DNA of 64,000 bases from contig RFFU01000074.1 in NCBI GenBank assembly GCA_003697085.1, positions 17,562 to 81,561 on the forward strand. Reading direction: 5' to 3'. A program made the position numbers and the translations under genes. The notes below the pieces were generated by a model. The model did no database searches, was not told the origin of the DNA, and worked only from the letters and a program-made list of their open reading frames with translations. Of this stretch, positions 1-7,828 are shown piece after piece. Numbering within the stretch: the stretch's first letter is position 1; each line of letters opens with the position of its first letter. Source of the DNA: Candidatus Hydrogenedentota bacterium (GTDB lineage Bacteria; UBA8481; J006).

Positions 1-343
1 GGTCGAGATCGGCTGTGTAGGGATAAGGAAGATCAAGAGCAGAAGCCTTCTCCTGCATTTTCTCAAGCGAATCCTCCGCGTAGTTTTTGTTCGCCGCGTT
101 GGGATTGACCGCGATCCAGTGAATACCGCGAGGCAAAGTCTTGCGGGCGAGAGAGACCGTGCGGAGATCGTAAGCCTTCGCATAGGGACAGTGGTTGCAC
201 GTGAAGACCACAACGAGTCCACGGGATCCCTTGGCGAGCGCGGAGGGAAGATACAGTTTTTCTCCCTCCAGCGTCGTAACGGAAACCTCCGGTACCGGTG
301 AGCCGAAGGGAATGATATCGGGGTTCTTTTCGATCAATACCAT
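1..343 (-). CDS. thioredoxin-fold (redoxin/TlpA-like) protein, N-terminal ~114 codons; gene continues beyond the left edge
   Basis: Absent from the ORF track because it leaves the window. Manual minus-strand translation from ATG (343-341) gives MVLIEKNPDIIPFGSPVPEVSVTTLEGEKLYLPSALAKGSRGLVVVFTCNHCPYAKAYDLRTVSLARK..., open to position 1. A hydrophobic strand followed by CxxC (VVVFTCNHCPY) is the thioredoxin-fold active-site context. Confidence 0.6.
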   Translation of the reverse strand, partial: MVLIEKNPDIIPFGSPVPEVSVTTLEGEKLYLPSALAKGSRGLVVVFTCNHCPYAKAYDLRTVSLARKTLPRGIHWIAVNPNAANKNYAEDSLEKMQEKASALDLPYPYTADLD

Positions 344-412
344 AAGGAAAGTATCCCTCGAAGAAGGGGTGAGGTCAAGACGCGCGGTAGAGAATCGAAA
401 AAAAGAGCGTGT

Positions 413-567
413 TCCTGGGAGCGAAGGCGTCTTGCCCGCAGGAAACGGCGCGCGAATTCTCCAACCCGGGAGCGCGGGCATCTTGCCCGCAAGAAACGGA
501 GCGCAGATTCTCCAACCTGGGAGCGCGGGTATCTTGCCAGCAAGACACGCGGCGCAGATTATCAACC
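413..567. repeat. three tandem ~52-bp copies of intergenic repeat module C (CTGGGAGCGCGGGCATCTTGCCCGCAAGAAACGG.GCGCAGATTCTCCAACC)
   Basis: Read directly. Copies begin near 413, 466 and 518. Each contains a GCGGGCA-TCT-TGCCCGC type palindrome. Related copies sit in at least 10 other intergenic sites of this window. Confidence 0.85.
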
Positions 568-708
568 CGCGGAGAGCAATTCTCTCCATTCACGGCCGAA
601 CGTGTCTGTGGTCGGATGGGACGCGGACATTCTGCTTGTAGGAACGCGAGCAGATGAGATTTTCCCCCGACAAGAGAATTCACCTTTCTTTAGGGAAAAG
701 GAAGGTGA

Positions 709-1527
709 TTATTGGTCAGAGTCCGATCCGGAAGAGGACACTTTTGCGGCGAGGCATCCAGTGAGAAGAAGCAGCGGCCACGCCAATGGTGAGGCGTAGA
801 GACGTTCGGGAGGCCAGAGCAGAGGCGAAACATCCTGTCGGGCAATGAAAAAGAGCGGCGAGGATTTCATCAGAAAGATCCACGCGCTGTGAAGGCCGAC
901 GGAGCGTCCGAGGCGGCCGGTGGCGACGAGGGGAAGCGCCAAGGCGATTCCCGTGCAGAAGAGGCCGAAGGCTTCGGGAGGAATCTGTTGGCCGGGGCGG
1001 ATACGAAGAAAGTGAATCGCGCTGAAGAAAAGGCTCCCGAGAAGAATGCCGGCGGTGCTTCCACCAGAACGAACGAGGATTCCCGTGAGATACCCTCGCA
1101 TGAAGAACTCCTCGGAGAAGGCTATGATCAGGGCGGCGAGAAGATTTTCGAGAAGGCGGAAGGCGAGATCTCCGAGGGTGCGATTGAAACCGAAAAAGGC
1201 CGCGCCGAAAAGGATTCGAAGACCAAGGAAGAAAAGAAAAGGCACCAGACCGAGACGGAATCCGCGGAGGATATCTCCGGTGAGCGCGGAGGAGGGAGCG
1301 AGGCCGACCCGGTTCCAGCCCTCGGGAAAGGTGAAAGTGTAATGAAGGGCGGCCCCGAGAGCCGAGAGAGCCGCGAGGCGGGTAAAGATGCGTTCCGGAG
1401 TGAACGTAGGAAAAAGGGGATGAAGAAGCAACGCGAGAAAAACTGACCCGACCAGAGCGGCGGCGACGCCGGCGAGAAGATGGTGCAATTCGCGACGCCG
1501 CATCCTTGTATTGGCGTTTGAATTCAT
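709..1527 (-). CDS. CPBP family intramembrane glutamic endopeptidase (CAAX protease/Abi family)
   Basis: ORF 709-1584 (-). It has EEFFMRGY (EExxxR) and FFSAIHF (FxxxH) motifs within a multi-helix hydrophobic protein. Start moved to ATG 1527-1525, which is preceded by GGAGG (complement of 1533-1537). Confidence 0.8.
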   Translation of the reverse strand: MNSNANTRMRRRELHHLLAGVAAALVGSVFLALLLHPLFPTFTPERIFTRLAALSALGAALHYTFTFPEGWNRVGLAPSSALTGDILRGFRLGLVPFLFFLGLRILFGAAFFGFNRTLGDLAFRLLENLLAALIIAFSEEFFMRGYLTGILVRSGGSTAGILLGSLFFSAIHFLRIRPGQQIPPEAFGLFCTGIALALPLVATGRLGRSVGLHSAWIFLMKSSPLFFIARQDVSPLLWPPERLYASPLAWPLLLLTGCLAAKVSSSGSDSDQ

Positions 1528-1612
1528 CCCACCTCCCGGTTGTCGGAAAGGAAGGATTCTATCTTTTGCCCGCGTTCCAAACAAGAAAGAGGCATCCTCC
1601 CTCCTCCCCCCT

Positions 1613-1635
1613 CCCTCTCCCCCGTGGGGAGAGGG
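1613..1635 (-). terminator. perfect 10-bp GC hairpin (CCCTCTCCCC-cgt-GGGGAGAGGG) 25 nt downstream of the EF-hand gene stop; possible terminator or RNA stabiliser
   Basis: Inverted repeat read directly. No clean U-tract follows on the minus strand, so terminator function is uncertain. Confidence 0.3.
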
Positions 1636-1659
1636 TTGGGGTGAGGGGAATCTCCTCCG

Positions 1660-2718
1660 TCAATGGTTCCTCTTCCATTTTTTCGCGGCTTTCTTCGCCG
1701 CCTTCGGGTGATGATACGCCGTCTTCGCCGCCTTCGGATGGCTCGTTACAGCCTTCCGATGCTTGTAGGCCTCCTTGGCGGCCTTCGGATGACTTGCGAT
1801 CGCCTTCCGATGTTTGTAAGCCTTCTTCGCCGCCTCCGGATGATTCTTGACAAAGGTCCTATGAGCGTAAATCGCCTTCGCGACCGCGGGATGGGAATTC
1901 AGATACTTCTTGTTCTTCCATAACGCCTCCGCGACCTCGGGATGATCGTACAGGTACTTGCGGTTCTTATATACCTCCTTCGCCACCTCCGGGTGGGCAT
2001 CGAGCCATTTGCGGTTCTCGTAGAGTTTCTTCGCGATCTCCGGGTGCTCGTTGAGAAAAACTCGGTTCTTGTAAACCTCCTTGGCGACTTCCGGGTGTTC
2101 GTTCAACCACGTCCGATTCTCGTAGAGCCGTTTGGCCACCTCCGGATGTTCGTTCAACCATTCCCGGTTCTCGTAGAGTTTCTTTGCCACCTCCGGGTGC
2201 TCGTTCAGCCATTTCTTGTTCCGGGCGAGGGCCTTCGCCACCTTCGGATGTCGATCCAGATAATACTTGTTCTCGAGGAGTTTCTTCGCCACGGTGGGGT
2301 GGTTCTTCAGCCACTTCAGATCGTCGAGATTCGCGTTGGGATACTTCGCCTTGAGATCGCGCCAGGCGCGTGCTTCAAGCGCTTCCCGGTGTCGGATCTC
2401 CCAGCGCCGCTGCGCCTTCGCTTCCTCAAATGAGATTCGTCCATCGCCGTCCTTGTCGGCGTGCTGGAAGCGCTCCCCGTCACGATAGGATTCAAATTCC
2501 AGCATCGCTGCGTCGATCTCATCCTTGTCCAGAAATCCATCTCCGTTTAGGTCTGTCTCGTCAAACCGTTCCTTCGAGTAATACTCCTTGTAAACCTCGC
2601 CCTCGTCGTCCGCTCTCACTGGAAGCACGGAACCAAGGGTACAGCCGATCGCCGATGCCAGAATCACCGCCGCCAGCCTTCGCACCGCTTTGCTCTTTCC
2701 TCGCTTCTCCCTTGCCAT
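1660..2718 (-). CDS. secreted (possibly lipoprotein) EF-hand calcium-binding protein with C-terminal 17-aa tandem repeat array
   Basis: N-terminal signal-like segment RRLAAVILASAIGC. Two canonical EF-hand loops are present: DLNGDGFLDKDE (aa 56-67) and DKDGDGRISFEE (aa 88-99). About 12 repeats of the type WLNEHPEVAKKLYENRx follow and degenerate into HPKAAKEAYKHRKA units. Confidence 0.85.
   Translation of the reverse strand: MAREKRGKSKAVRRLAAVILASAIGCTLGSVLPVRADDEGEVYKEYYSKERFDETDLNGDGFLDKDEIDAAMLEFESYRDGERFQHADKDGDGRISFEEAKAQRRWEIRHREALEARAWRDLKAKYPNANLDDLKWLKNHPTVAKKLLENKYYLDRHPKVAKALARNKKWLNEHPEVAKKLYENREWLNEHPEVAKRLYENRTWLNEHPEVAKEVYKNRVFLNEHPEIAKKLYENRKWLDAHPEVAKEVYKNRKYLYDHPEVAEALWKNKKYLNSHPAVAKAIYAHRTFVKNHPEAAKKAYKHRKAIASHPKAAKEAYKHRKAVTSHPKAAKTAYHHPKAAKKAAKKWKRNH
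1663..2313 (-). repeat. intragenic 51-bp (17-codon) tandem repeat array, about 12 units
   Basis: Periodicity is visible in both the protein (HP-x-VAK-x-LY-x-NR-x-WLNE) and the DNA (recurring GCCACCTCCGGGTGCTCGTTCAGCCA-like blocks on the plus strand). Confidence 0.8.
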
Positions 2719-2908
2719 TCTTCTCCCTCCATCTTTCGATATTCTTGAGGCTCTTTTCGTCCTCTGTTCCTTTAGAAGCTCTGAGGCGAAAACCGTTTAC
2801 CTGAAATAACGGTAACTTTTCTTACATAGGGAGCATACAACATGTTCCCAAAAGGATTTACCACGAAAAGAAGAGAGGGGAGAAAAGAGAAGAGTGATCG
2901 ACCTTCGC

Positions 2909-3904
2909 TCAAGAAACACTTTCCGCGGCACGGACTCCTCCCTTCCGGGAAGCGATGAGAAAGGTGATCAGGTCCCCGAGGGCGCTGACAACGCGCAGAA
3001 GGACCGCCAGCGCCAAGGTGGTTCCCTGTCCCAGGGTTTTTTCATAAAGAAGAAGGAAGACCGTCTCGCGGATTCCCAATCCGGCCGGCGCTCCCGGAAC
3101 CAGGAAACCGGCCAACCACGCCGCCGCGAACCCCCAAGAAAAGTCATACCATCTCAGGGGGACGTGGGAACCGGACAAAAGGGCCAACAACAGCGAAGAG
3201 ATGATGCCGTAAAGCCCGAAAACGATCCAATAGAGAAGGAAAGCAGAAATCAATCGAAGGGGAGAGCAAAAAGCCCGTCGCGCTAGAAACCATCCGCGAA
3301 CCCTCGGCAGGAGAGCGGCGAAAACGGCCGCGCCAACGCCCCCGGCCAGGAAGAGCGGAAGGCCGAATTCCTTGAAGGAAGAAAGAAAGGGAAGGAGTCT
3401 GCCCGCGCTGAAGTAACCGGAAAGGATTCCCGCAAGAATCAGCGAACCTCCGCTGAGAACGATGATGAATGTCTGCATTCCGATCGCCAGAACGGAAACC
3501 TCCCCTGGAATCCGCTTCTTAATCGCGAGGGCCACCTGGCCGATATGCTGAAAGATGTTGCCGGGGATGTACTTGGCAATCTGACTGATTCCGACGATTT
3601 CGTAACATCGTCCAAAAGTGATTGGCGGGGCGCCGGCGGAATAGAAGAGTGTCGAGACGGTCACGGTCAACGCAACGCATGACGTGGCGAGAAGGACCGC
3701 GAGGGAGAAGAAGAGGAGATTGGTTGCGGTGAGGCGGATGGAGGGAATTTGATGGAACAAAGTCGCGAAGCGTGTCAGGAAAAAGAGAAGGGAGAGTCCG
3801 AATAGGACTCGGCCGACAATGTCGATCGCTCTTCCCGCGTTCGTCCTCATTTTGTCGGTAGTTTGATCGGTGGAACGAGCGTTGTCAAAGGAAGGGGGAG
3901 TCAT
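2909..3904 (-). CDS. polytopic membrane protein, flippase-like / lysyl-PG-synthase TM-domain-like (UPF0104-type)
   Basis: ORF 2909-3949 (-) has about 8 hydrophobic helices and an AKYIPGNIFQHIGQ segment resembling the KYLPG motif of UPF0104 proteins. Start moved to ATG 3904, which forms an ATGA overlap with the upstream methyltransferase stop. Confidence 0.5.
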   Translation of the reverse strand: MTPPSFDNARSTDQTTDKMRTNAGRAIDIVGRVLFGLSLLFFLTRFATLFHQIPSIRLTATNLLFFSLAVLLATSCVALTVTVSTLFYSAGAPPITFGRCYEIVGISQIAKYIPGNIFQHIGQVALAIKKRIPGEVSVLAIGMQTFIIVLSGGSLILAGILSGYFSAGRLLPFLSSFKEFGLPLFLAGGVGAAVFAALLPRVRGWFLARRAFCSPLRLISAFLLYWIVFGLYGIISSLLLALLSGSHVPLRWYDFSWGFAAAWLAGFLVPGAPAGLGIRETVFLLLYEKTLGQGTTLALAVLLRVVSALGDLITFLIASRKGGVRAAESVS

Positions 3905-4659
3905 GTCTTCTTCTTGATCAGGAGCCAGATGTAAGTGGGGAAGAGGCAATACAGCCGCCGCACTGCGAAAGCGGCCATCTTTTGCTTGAAGGAACCGGGG
4001 AGTAGCATATCCGTGGCGGCGAACGTTTCCGGCTCCTCAACGATCCTCGGAGTGTAATCGACGACGTCGAAGGCCTTCACAAGTTTTCTCAACCCCCAAC
4101 AGGTGTAAAGGCGTTCGTGGTATTCATTCCCGCGTCCGGTGAGCCGTACATAGGCGTTCGCGAGGGGCCGCGGTAATATCGAGAGAAAGGGAAGTCTATT
4201 GTCCGGCTCGATGAGAATCAGCCTGTTTCCCGCTCCGAAATAACAGACTCCACCCGGTTTAAGGACCCGTTCTATTTCCTTCATCAAGTCCTCGGCGTTC
4301 TCGACATGTTCATAGACGTGGTTACAGACAATGACATCGAAACTCTCGTTCGGAAAATCGGTATGAATTGCATCGCCGATTTGAAAGGAAAGGTTCGGCC
4401 CTTCGAATGTCCGCCGGGCAAACTCCACGGCGGCCTCATCGAGATCGATTCCCGTTGCCGAGCGGAAATGTCGAGCACAGGCGGAAGTCGCGAACCCGGC
4501 CGAGCATCCCATTTCCAGGAGATCAAGATTTCGAGTGTTCGGGAGAAAATCCAGGAGCACGGAGACAATCTTTTTCGCCTTCCAGAGCCGCTGCCGTTCG
4601 TCAAACTGCTCCTGATGAGAGTGGGAATATCCCGTGCGATCATCGGAATCAGGGATCAT
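3901..4659 (-). CDS. class I SAM-dependent methyltransferase
   Basis: Motif I LLEMGCSAGF, then DLDEAAVEFAR, FDVIVCNHVYEHV and LKPGGVCYF (Methyltransf_11-like). Start moved to ATG 4659, an ATGA overlap with the GT4 stop. Confidence 0.85.
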   Translation of the reverse strand: MIPDSDDRTGYSHSHQEQFDERQRLWKAKKIVSVLLDFLPNTRNLDLLEMGCSAGFATSACARHFRSATGIDLDEAAVEFARRTFEGPNLSFQIGDAIHTDFPNESFDVIVCNHVYEHVENAEDLMKEIERVLKPGGVCYFGAGNRLILIEPDNRLPFLSILPRPLANAYVRLTGRGNEYHERLYTCWGLRKLVKAFDVVDYTPRIVEEPETFAATDMLLPGSFKQKMAAFAVRRLYCLFPTYIWLLIKKKT

Positions 4660-5930
4660 TCGGAGAAACCATCCGCTGTTTCCGCGGAAAGAAATGCGAG
4701 ATATTTCCCGACGATCTTTTCCCAACTGTAATGGTTCCGGACGAAAAGGGTGGCGCGGCGTTGTTGTTCGATAGCGTGGTCGGTGTCGAACGAGAGTATC
4801 TCGTTGATTTTTCCGGCCAGTGCCTCGACATCGGCCGGCGGGAAGTAGTAGGCCCCTTCTCCCTCCTGGACGGCCCCGATGTTTCCTCCGACCTCACTGA
4901 CCAACGCGATCGTTCCACAGGCCATTGCTTCAAGGGCGATCGTGGCGGATCCTTCCGTGTCTCCTCGGCTGTCGATGCAGGAGGGGAGAACAAAAAGGTC
5001 GGCGCTTCGCATCCAATCGACGATTTCTTCCTCGGGAATGGGACCGGGCATGATGACGTCGTTTTCGAGACATAATCTTCTCTTCAGAGCCTCCAGTTCA
5101 TTTTGCAAAGGGCCGTCGCCACCGAGAAGGAGACACGCATCGGGATGTTCTTTTTTTACCGCCGGCATCGCCTCCAAAAGGTATCGGTGCCCTTTCCTCT
5201 CAACCATTCTTCCCGTGAAGAAGAGAACTTTCCTGCCGAAGATTTTATATCTTTCGAGAAGGGTGAGGTTGGGAGGTCCTGGAGAATAATAAGCCGTATC
5301 GATGCCATCCGGGATGATCTTGGGGCGGATGCCCGGCGCCACTCGTTCGAGGGCGTCGGCCGTGTTTTTGCTGATGGCAACGAGAAGATCGGCGCCCCGA
5401 GCGCTCATGCGAACGAAAGGTTTGAGAAAAGTCCAGCGGCCGGAATCGAGCGGAAAAATCTCGGCTCCATACGCCGTGATGATCAGCGTGCGACCCGTCA
5501 TTCGTTTGATGAGATAACCGATGAATCCGGGAGGAAACGCCCAGTGGGCATTGATATAACGGATTCTGTTTTCTTGAACGATTCGATAGGCGGTCCAGAA
5601 GAGTCTGAAAAAATAGAACGGAACCTGAAGGAGGCACCACGGGTGACGAATGTTTTCGGGGATTCCGGCGCCCGAGGTGAGTGTCTCCCAGCCGGATACG
5701 AAATAATGAAATCGGTGGATGTTCACACCGTCGACTTTGGCGAAGAGTGCCGTACCGGGTTCGGCGTGAGTCACGACATGAACGGCAAATCCGGCGGAAA
5801 CGAAACTCTTCGCCGCGTGATGGACGAACTTCCCCTTCGGAAGTCTCTTTGAATCGCGGACAAAGGAAGGATAGGAGGTTGTCAGAATACAGAGGGAGCG
5901 TTGGGAGTGCCCGGCGTGGAGAGTCGTCAC
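4656..5930 (-). CDS. glycosyltransferase family 4 (GT-B, Glycos_transf_1)
   Basis: C-terminal half reads FFTGRMVERKGHRYLLEAM...LLLGGDGP...ADLFVLPS...EGSATIALEAMACGTIALVSEVGG, the typical GT4 E-x7-E region. Confidence 0.9.
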   Translation of the reverse strand: MTTLHAGHSQRSLCILTTSYPSFVRDSKRLPKGKFVHHAAKSFVSAGFAVHVVTHAEPGTALFAKVDGVNIHRFHYFVSGWETLTSGAGIPENIRHPWCLLQVPFYFFRLFWTAYRIVQENRIRYINAHWAFPPGFIGYLIKRMTGRTLIITAYGAEIFPLDSGRWTFLKPFVRMSARGADLLVAISKNTADALERVAPGIRPKIIPDGIDTAYYSPGPPNLTLLERYKIFGRKVLFFTGRMVERKGHRYLLEAMPAVKKEHPDACLLLGGDGPLQNELEALKRRLCLENDVIMPGPIPEEEIVDWMRSADLFVLPSCIDSRGDTEGSATIALEAMACGTIALVSEVGGNIGAVQEGEGAYYFPPADVEALAGKINEILSFDTDHAIEQQRRATLFVRNHYSWEKIVGKYLAFLSAETADGFSE

Positions 5931-6130
5931 GAGAATTCCACGAAATGAATGGAAACCGAATCAATGGATCGACGGGATTTTCCCAACACGGATTTCCTTC
6001 TCATCCTCCCGGCGATGAGGGTAGCAAGCCGCCAGGGGGCGGGCAACCGATAAAGCGCCGGAAGGAATGCGGCGTAAAGTCGGTCCCTTGTGTCAATCCT
6101 GTTCTTCATTCCATCGAGTCCCCGTCTCAT
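5927..6130 (-). CDS. small hypothetical protein (uncertain)
   Basis: Its TGA overlaps the GTG start of the GT4 gene (GTGA at 5927-5930), suggesting coupling. The longer ORF-track version (to 6247) runs into repeat module A, so only the distal ~60-67 codons are plausible. No recognisable motif. Confidence 0.25.
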   Translation of the reverse strand: MRRGLDGMKNRIDTRDRLYAAFLPALYRLPAPWRLATLIAGRMRRKSVLGKSRRSIDSVSIHFVEFS

Positions 6131-6177
6131 CTTCGCGGAGCCCTTCGTGGAGGAGGCCGGCCGGGTTCTCTCCCCCG

Positions 6178-6335
6178 GTGTCATTCCGAGCGAGGCGGAG
6201 CGAAGCAACGCCGACGAGGAATCCCCCATGAGTGCCATCCAGCGCATAGCGCGGGGTTCTTACCTGCGGAAATTCGCTTCATAGAGCGGCCAACCCTGGG
6301 AACGCAGGCATCCTGCCTGCATGGAAGGGATGGAA
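6178..6335. repeat. intergenic repeats: module A (GTCATTCCGAG...CGAGGAATCCCCC, 6178-6228) plus a partial module C (6293-6335)
   Basis: Direct sequence match to copies at 11300-11350 (inverted), 29747-29778 and 39955-39986. Confidence 0.7.
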
Positions 6336-6487
6336 CGTAGACTTTTCAGTCCACGCGAGTGAAACGCGGACTCTCCCGTCCGGGGAACGACGCGGCAAAG
6401 TTCGGCACAAATGCCCCCTCTTTGCCTCGCAACCGCGGAACCGCGGGGTTTGTTGCGAAAAGAACACCTCCCTCTTATACTTGATTT

Positions 6488-7474
6488 ATGTATCAAAAAC
6501 AGCGGATCGCGCTGGTTATTCCGGCTCACAACGAAGAGAAACTCATCGGAGATACGTTGCGGGGGGTTCCGGAACTTGTGGACGATATCTACGTAATTGA
6601 CGACGGTTCCACGGACGCGACCTCGGAATGCGCAAGGAAAGTCGGAGACCGCCGGGTCGTGGTCATTCGGAAGGAGAAGAACGAGGGAGTGGGAGCTGCG
6701 ATCGTTACGGGCTACAAGGTTGCCTTTGAGAGAGGCGCCGATATCGCCGTCGTGGTTGGTGGCGATAACCAGATGGACCTGGCGGAGATCGAGAATTTTC
6801 TTCGACCGATCATCGAGGGAGCGGCGGATTACACGAAAGGCAATCGGTTTCTCGATCCCTCCGGGACTTTCGAAAGAATGCCGACCGTCCGGCTCTTCGG
6901 AAATGCCTTGATTTCGGCGATGTGTAAATTGGCTTCCGGTTATTTCAAAGTTTATGATGCGGTGGACGGTTACACGGCGCTGTCGAGATATGGATTCGAG
7001 CAAGTTCGATGGAAGAAGGTCTGGAAGGGATATGGATATCCTTTGGACTTTCTCATTCGTCTCAATACTGCAGGACTTCGGGTAATGGATGTGCCGCGAC
7101 GCGCAATTTACCTTTCCGGGGTCCGACAATCCCAGATTCACGGTTTCTCGTATGCAATTCACGTGTTCCCGATGCTTCTGCGGGGTTTCTTTCGGCGACT
7201 GCTTTACAAATATATTCTTCGAGATTTCCATCCGCTCGTCTTCTTTTATTTGCTGGGGCTCTTCCTGGTTCCGGCGGGATTCGTTTTTGGCCTCTACCTC
7301 GTTTGGCAGCAGGCAAGCGGGATCGGCGTCTCCGGCCCCCGTGCCGTTTTGTGCGCCTTGGCGATCTTGATAGGAGTGCAATCCTTCTTCTTCGCCATCG
7401 CTTTCGAAATCCTGCATCAAGAATCCCCCGGAAACCGACGCCAAGAAGGTCGTTCGAAGCGACAATCGTTATGA
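6488..7474 (+). CDS. glycosyltransferase family 2 with C-terminal transmembrane helices (Dpm1/GtrB-like)
   Basis: ALVIPAHNEEKLIG...VIDDGSTDAT...VVVGGDNQMD (DxD-like) followed by hydrophobic C-terminal helices. Confidence 0.9.
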   Translation: MYQKQRIALVIPAHNEEKLIGDTLRGVPELVDDIYVIDDGSTDATSECARKVGDRRVVVIRKEKNEGVGAAIVTGYKVAFERGADIAVVVGGDNQMDLAEIENFLRPIIEGAADYTKGNRFLDPSGTFERMPTVRLFGNALISAMCKLASGYFKVYDAVDGYTALSRYGFEQVRWKKVWKGYGYPLDFLIRLNTAGLRVMDVPRRAIYLSGVRQSQIHGFSYAIHVFPMLLRGFFRRLLYKYILRDFHPLVFFYLLGLFLVPAGFVFGLYLVWQQASGIGVSGPRAVLCALAILIGVQSFFFAIAFEILHQESPGNRRQEGRSKRQSL

Positions 7475-7573
7475 GAAAACGTTTTGAGAAAATCTTTCGT
7501 AAAAAAAATCACCGACTTCACCCCTTGCGAATCTTTTTCGATCCGGCTTTATTTTTCGATAGAGAGAAGAAAC

Positions 7574-7611
7574 GATTCTCCGCAATCGGGGAGAAAGGAG
7601 AGGTGAAAACG
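7574..7611 (+). promoter_or_regulatory. conserved 38-nt 5' leader with small hairpin and strong Shine-Dalgarno (AAAGGAGAGG), copy 1
   Basis: 35/38 identical to 7791-7828. Contains CTCCG-caat-CGGGG followed by the SD, 8 nt before the ATG. Confidence 0.65.
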
Positions 7612-7758
7612 ATGGCGGAAAAGGAAGCTGAGAAGGTTGAGTCGGATTCCGGGAAGGAGCCGGAGAGGAAAGAGGAGGAGGCGCTTTCCGAGGAGGAGAT
7701 GCGGAAGGTGACGGGGGGACGACTCTTTGGAAATTCGATCGCCGGGCGGGTGCTATGA
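7612..7758 (+). CDS. double-glycine leader peptide precursor A (48 aa: 36-aa leader + 12-aa core RLFGNSIAGRVL)
   Basis: MAEKEAEKVESDSGKEPERKEEEALSEEEMRKVTGG|RLFGNSIAGRVL. L(-12), M(-7), V(-4) and GG(-2,-1) fit the C39-cleaved GG-leader consensus. Strong SD upstream. The leader is paralogous to that of the next gene. An in-frame ATG at 7471 would give a 95-aa form but is not supported by the paralog. Confidence 0.7.
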   Translation: MAEKEAEKVESDSGKEPERKEEEALSEEEMRKVTGGRLFGNSIAGRVL

Positions 7759-7790
7759 CTCGAGTGCTCTTCTTAAATGAGGGCGGAAAT

Positions 7791-7828
7791 GATTCCCCGC
7801 AGTCGGGGAGAAAGGAGAGGTGAAAAGG
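7791..7828 (+). promoter_or_regulatory. conserved 38-nt 5' leader with small hairpin and strong Shine-Dalgarno, copy 2
   Basis: GATTCCCCGCAGTCGGGGAGAAAGGAGAGGTGAAAAGG. Hairpin CCCCG-cagt-CGGGG. An in-frame TGA at 7790 prevents any longer N-terminus for the downstream gene. Confidence 0.65.

Noticed and set aside
413-567. Possible CRISPR array (three regularly spaced ~52-bp units with an internal palindrome).
   Set aside because: The units are contiguous with no unique spacers between them. The same unit occurs singly at many other sites, and no cas genes are present.
6260-7465. 401-aa ORF on the minus strand opposite the GT2 gene. Similar long shadow ORFs are 8605-10464 (+), 11749-12933 (-), 20342-21805 (-), 27087-28364 (-), 53023-55542 (+) and 60759-62132 (-).
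   Set aside because: Each is antisense to a gene with clear family motifs (GT2, cyclase, PLD, ABC2, OmpA, Lon, MnmA/AroC). Their products are Arg/Pro/Gly-rich low-complexity strings with no motifs. This is typical of open antisense frames in GC-rich DNA.
7471-7758. Longer 95-aa version of precursor A starting at the ATG that overlaps the GT2 stop (ATGA at 7471-7474), which would give an ~83-aa NHLP-sized leader.
   Set aside because: The paralogous gene B cannot extend upstream (in-frame TGA at 7790). The conserved 38 nt before both ATGs carry a strong Shine-Dalgarno at ideal spacing, so the short form is favoured. The long form remains a formal possibility.
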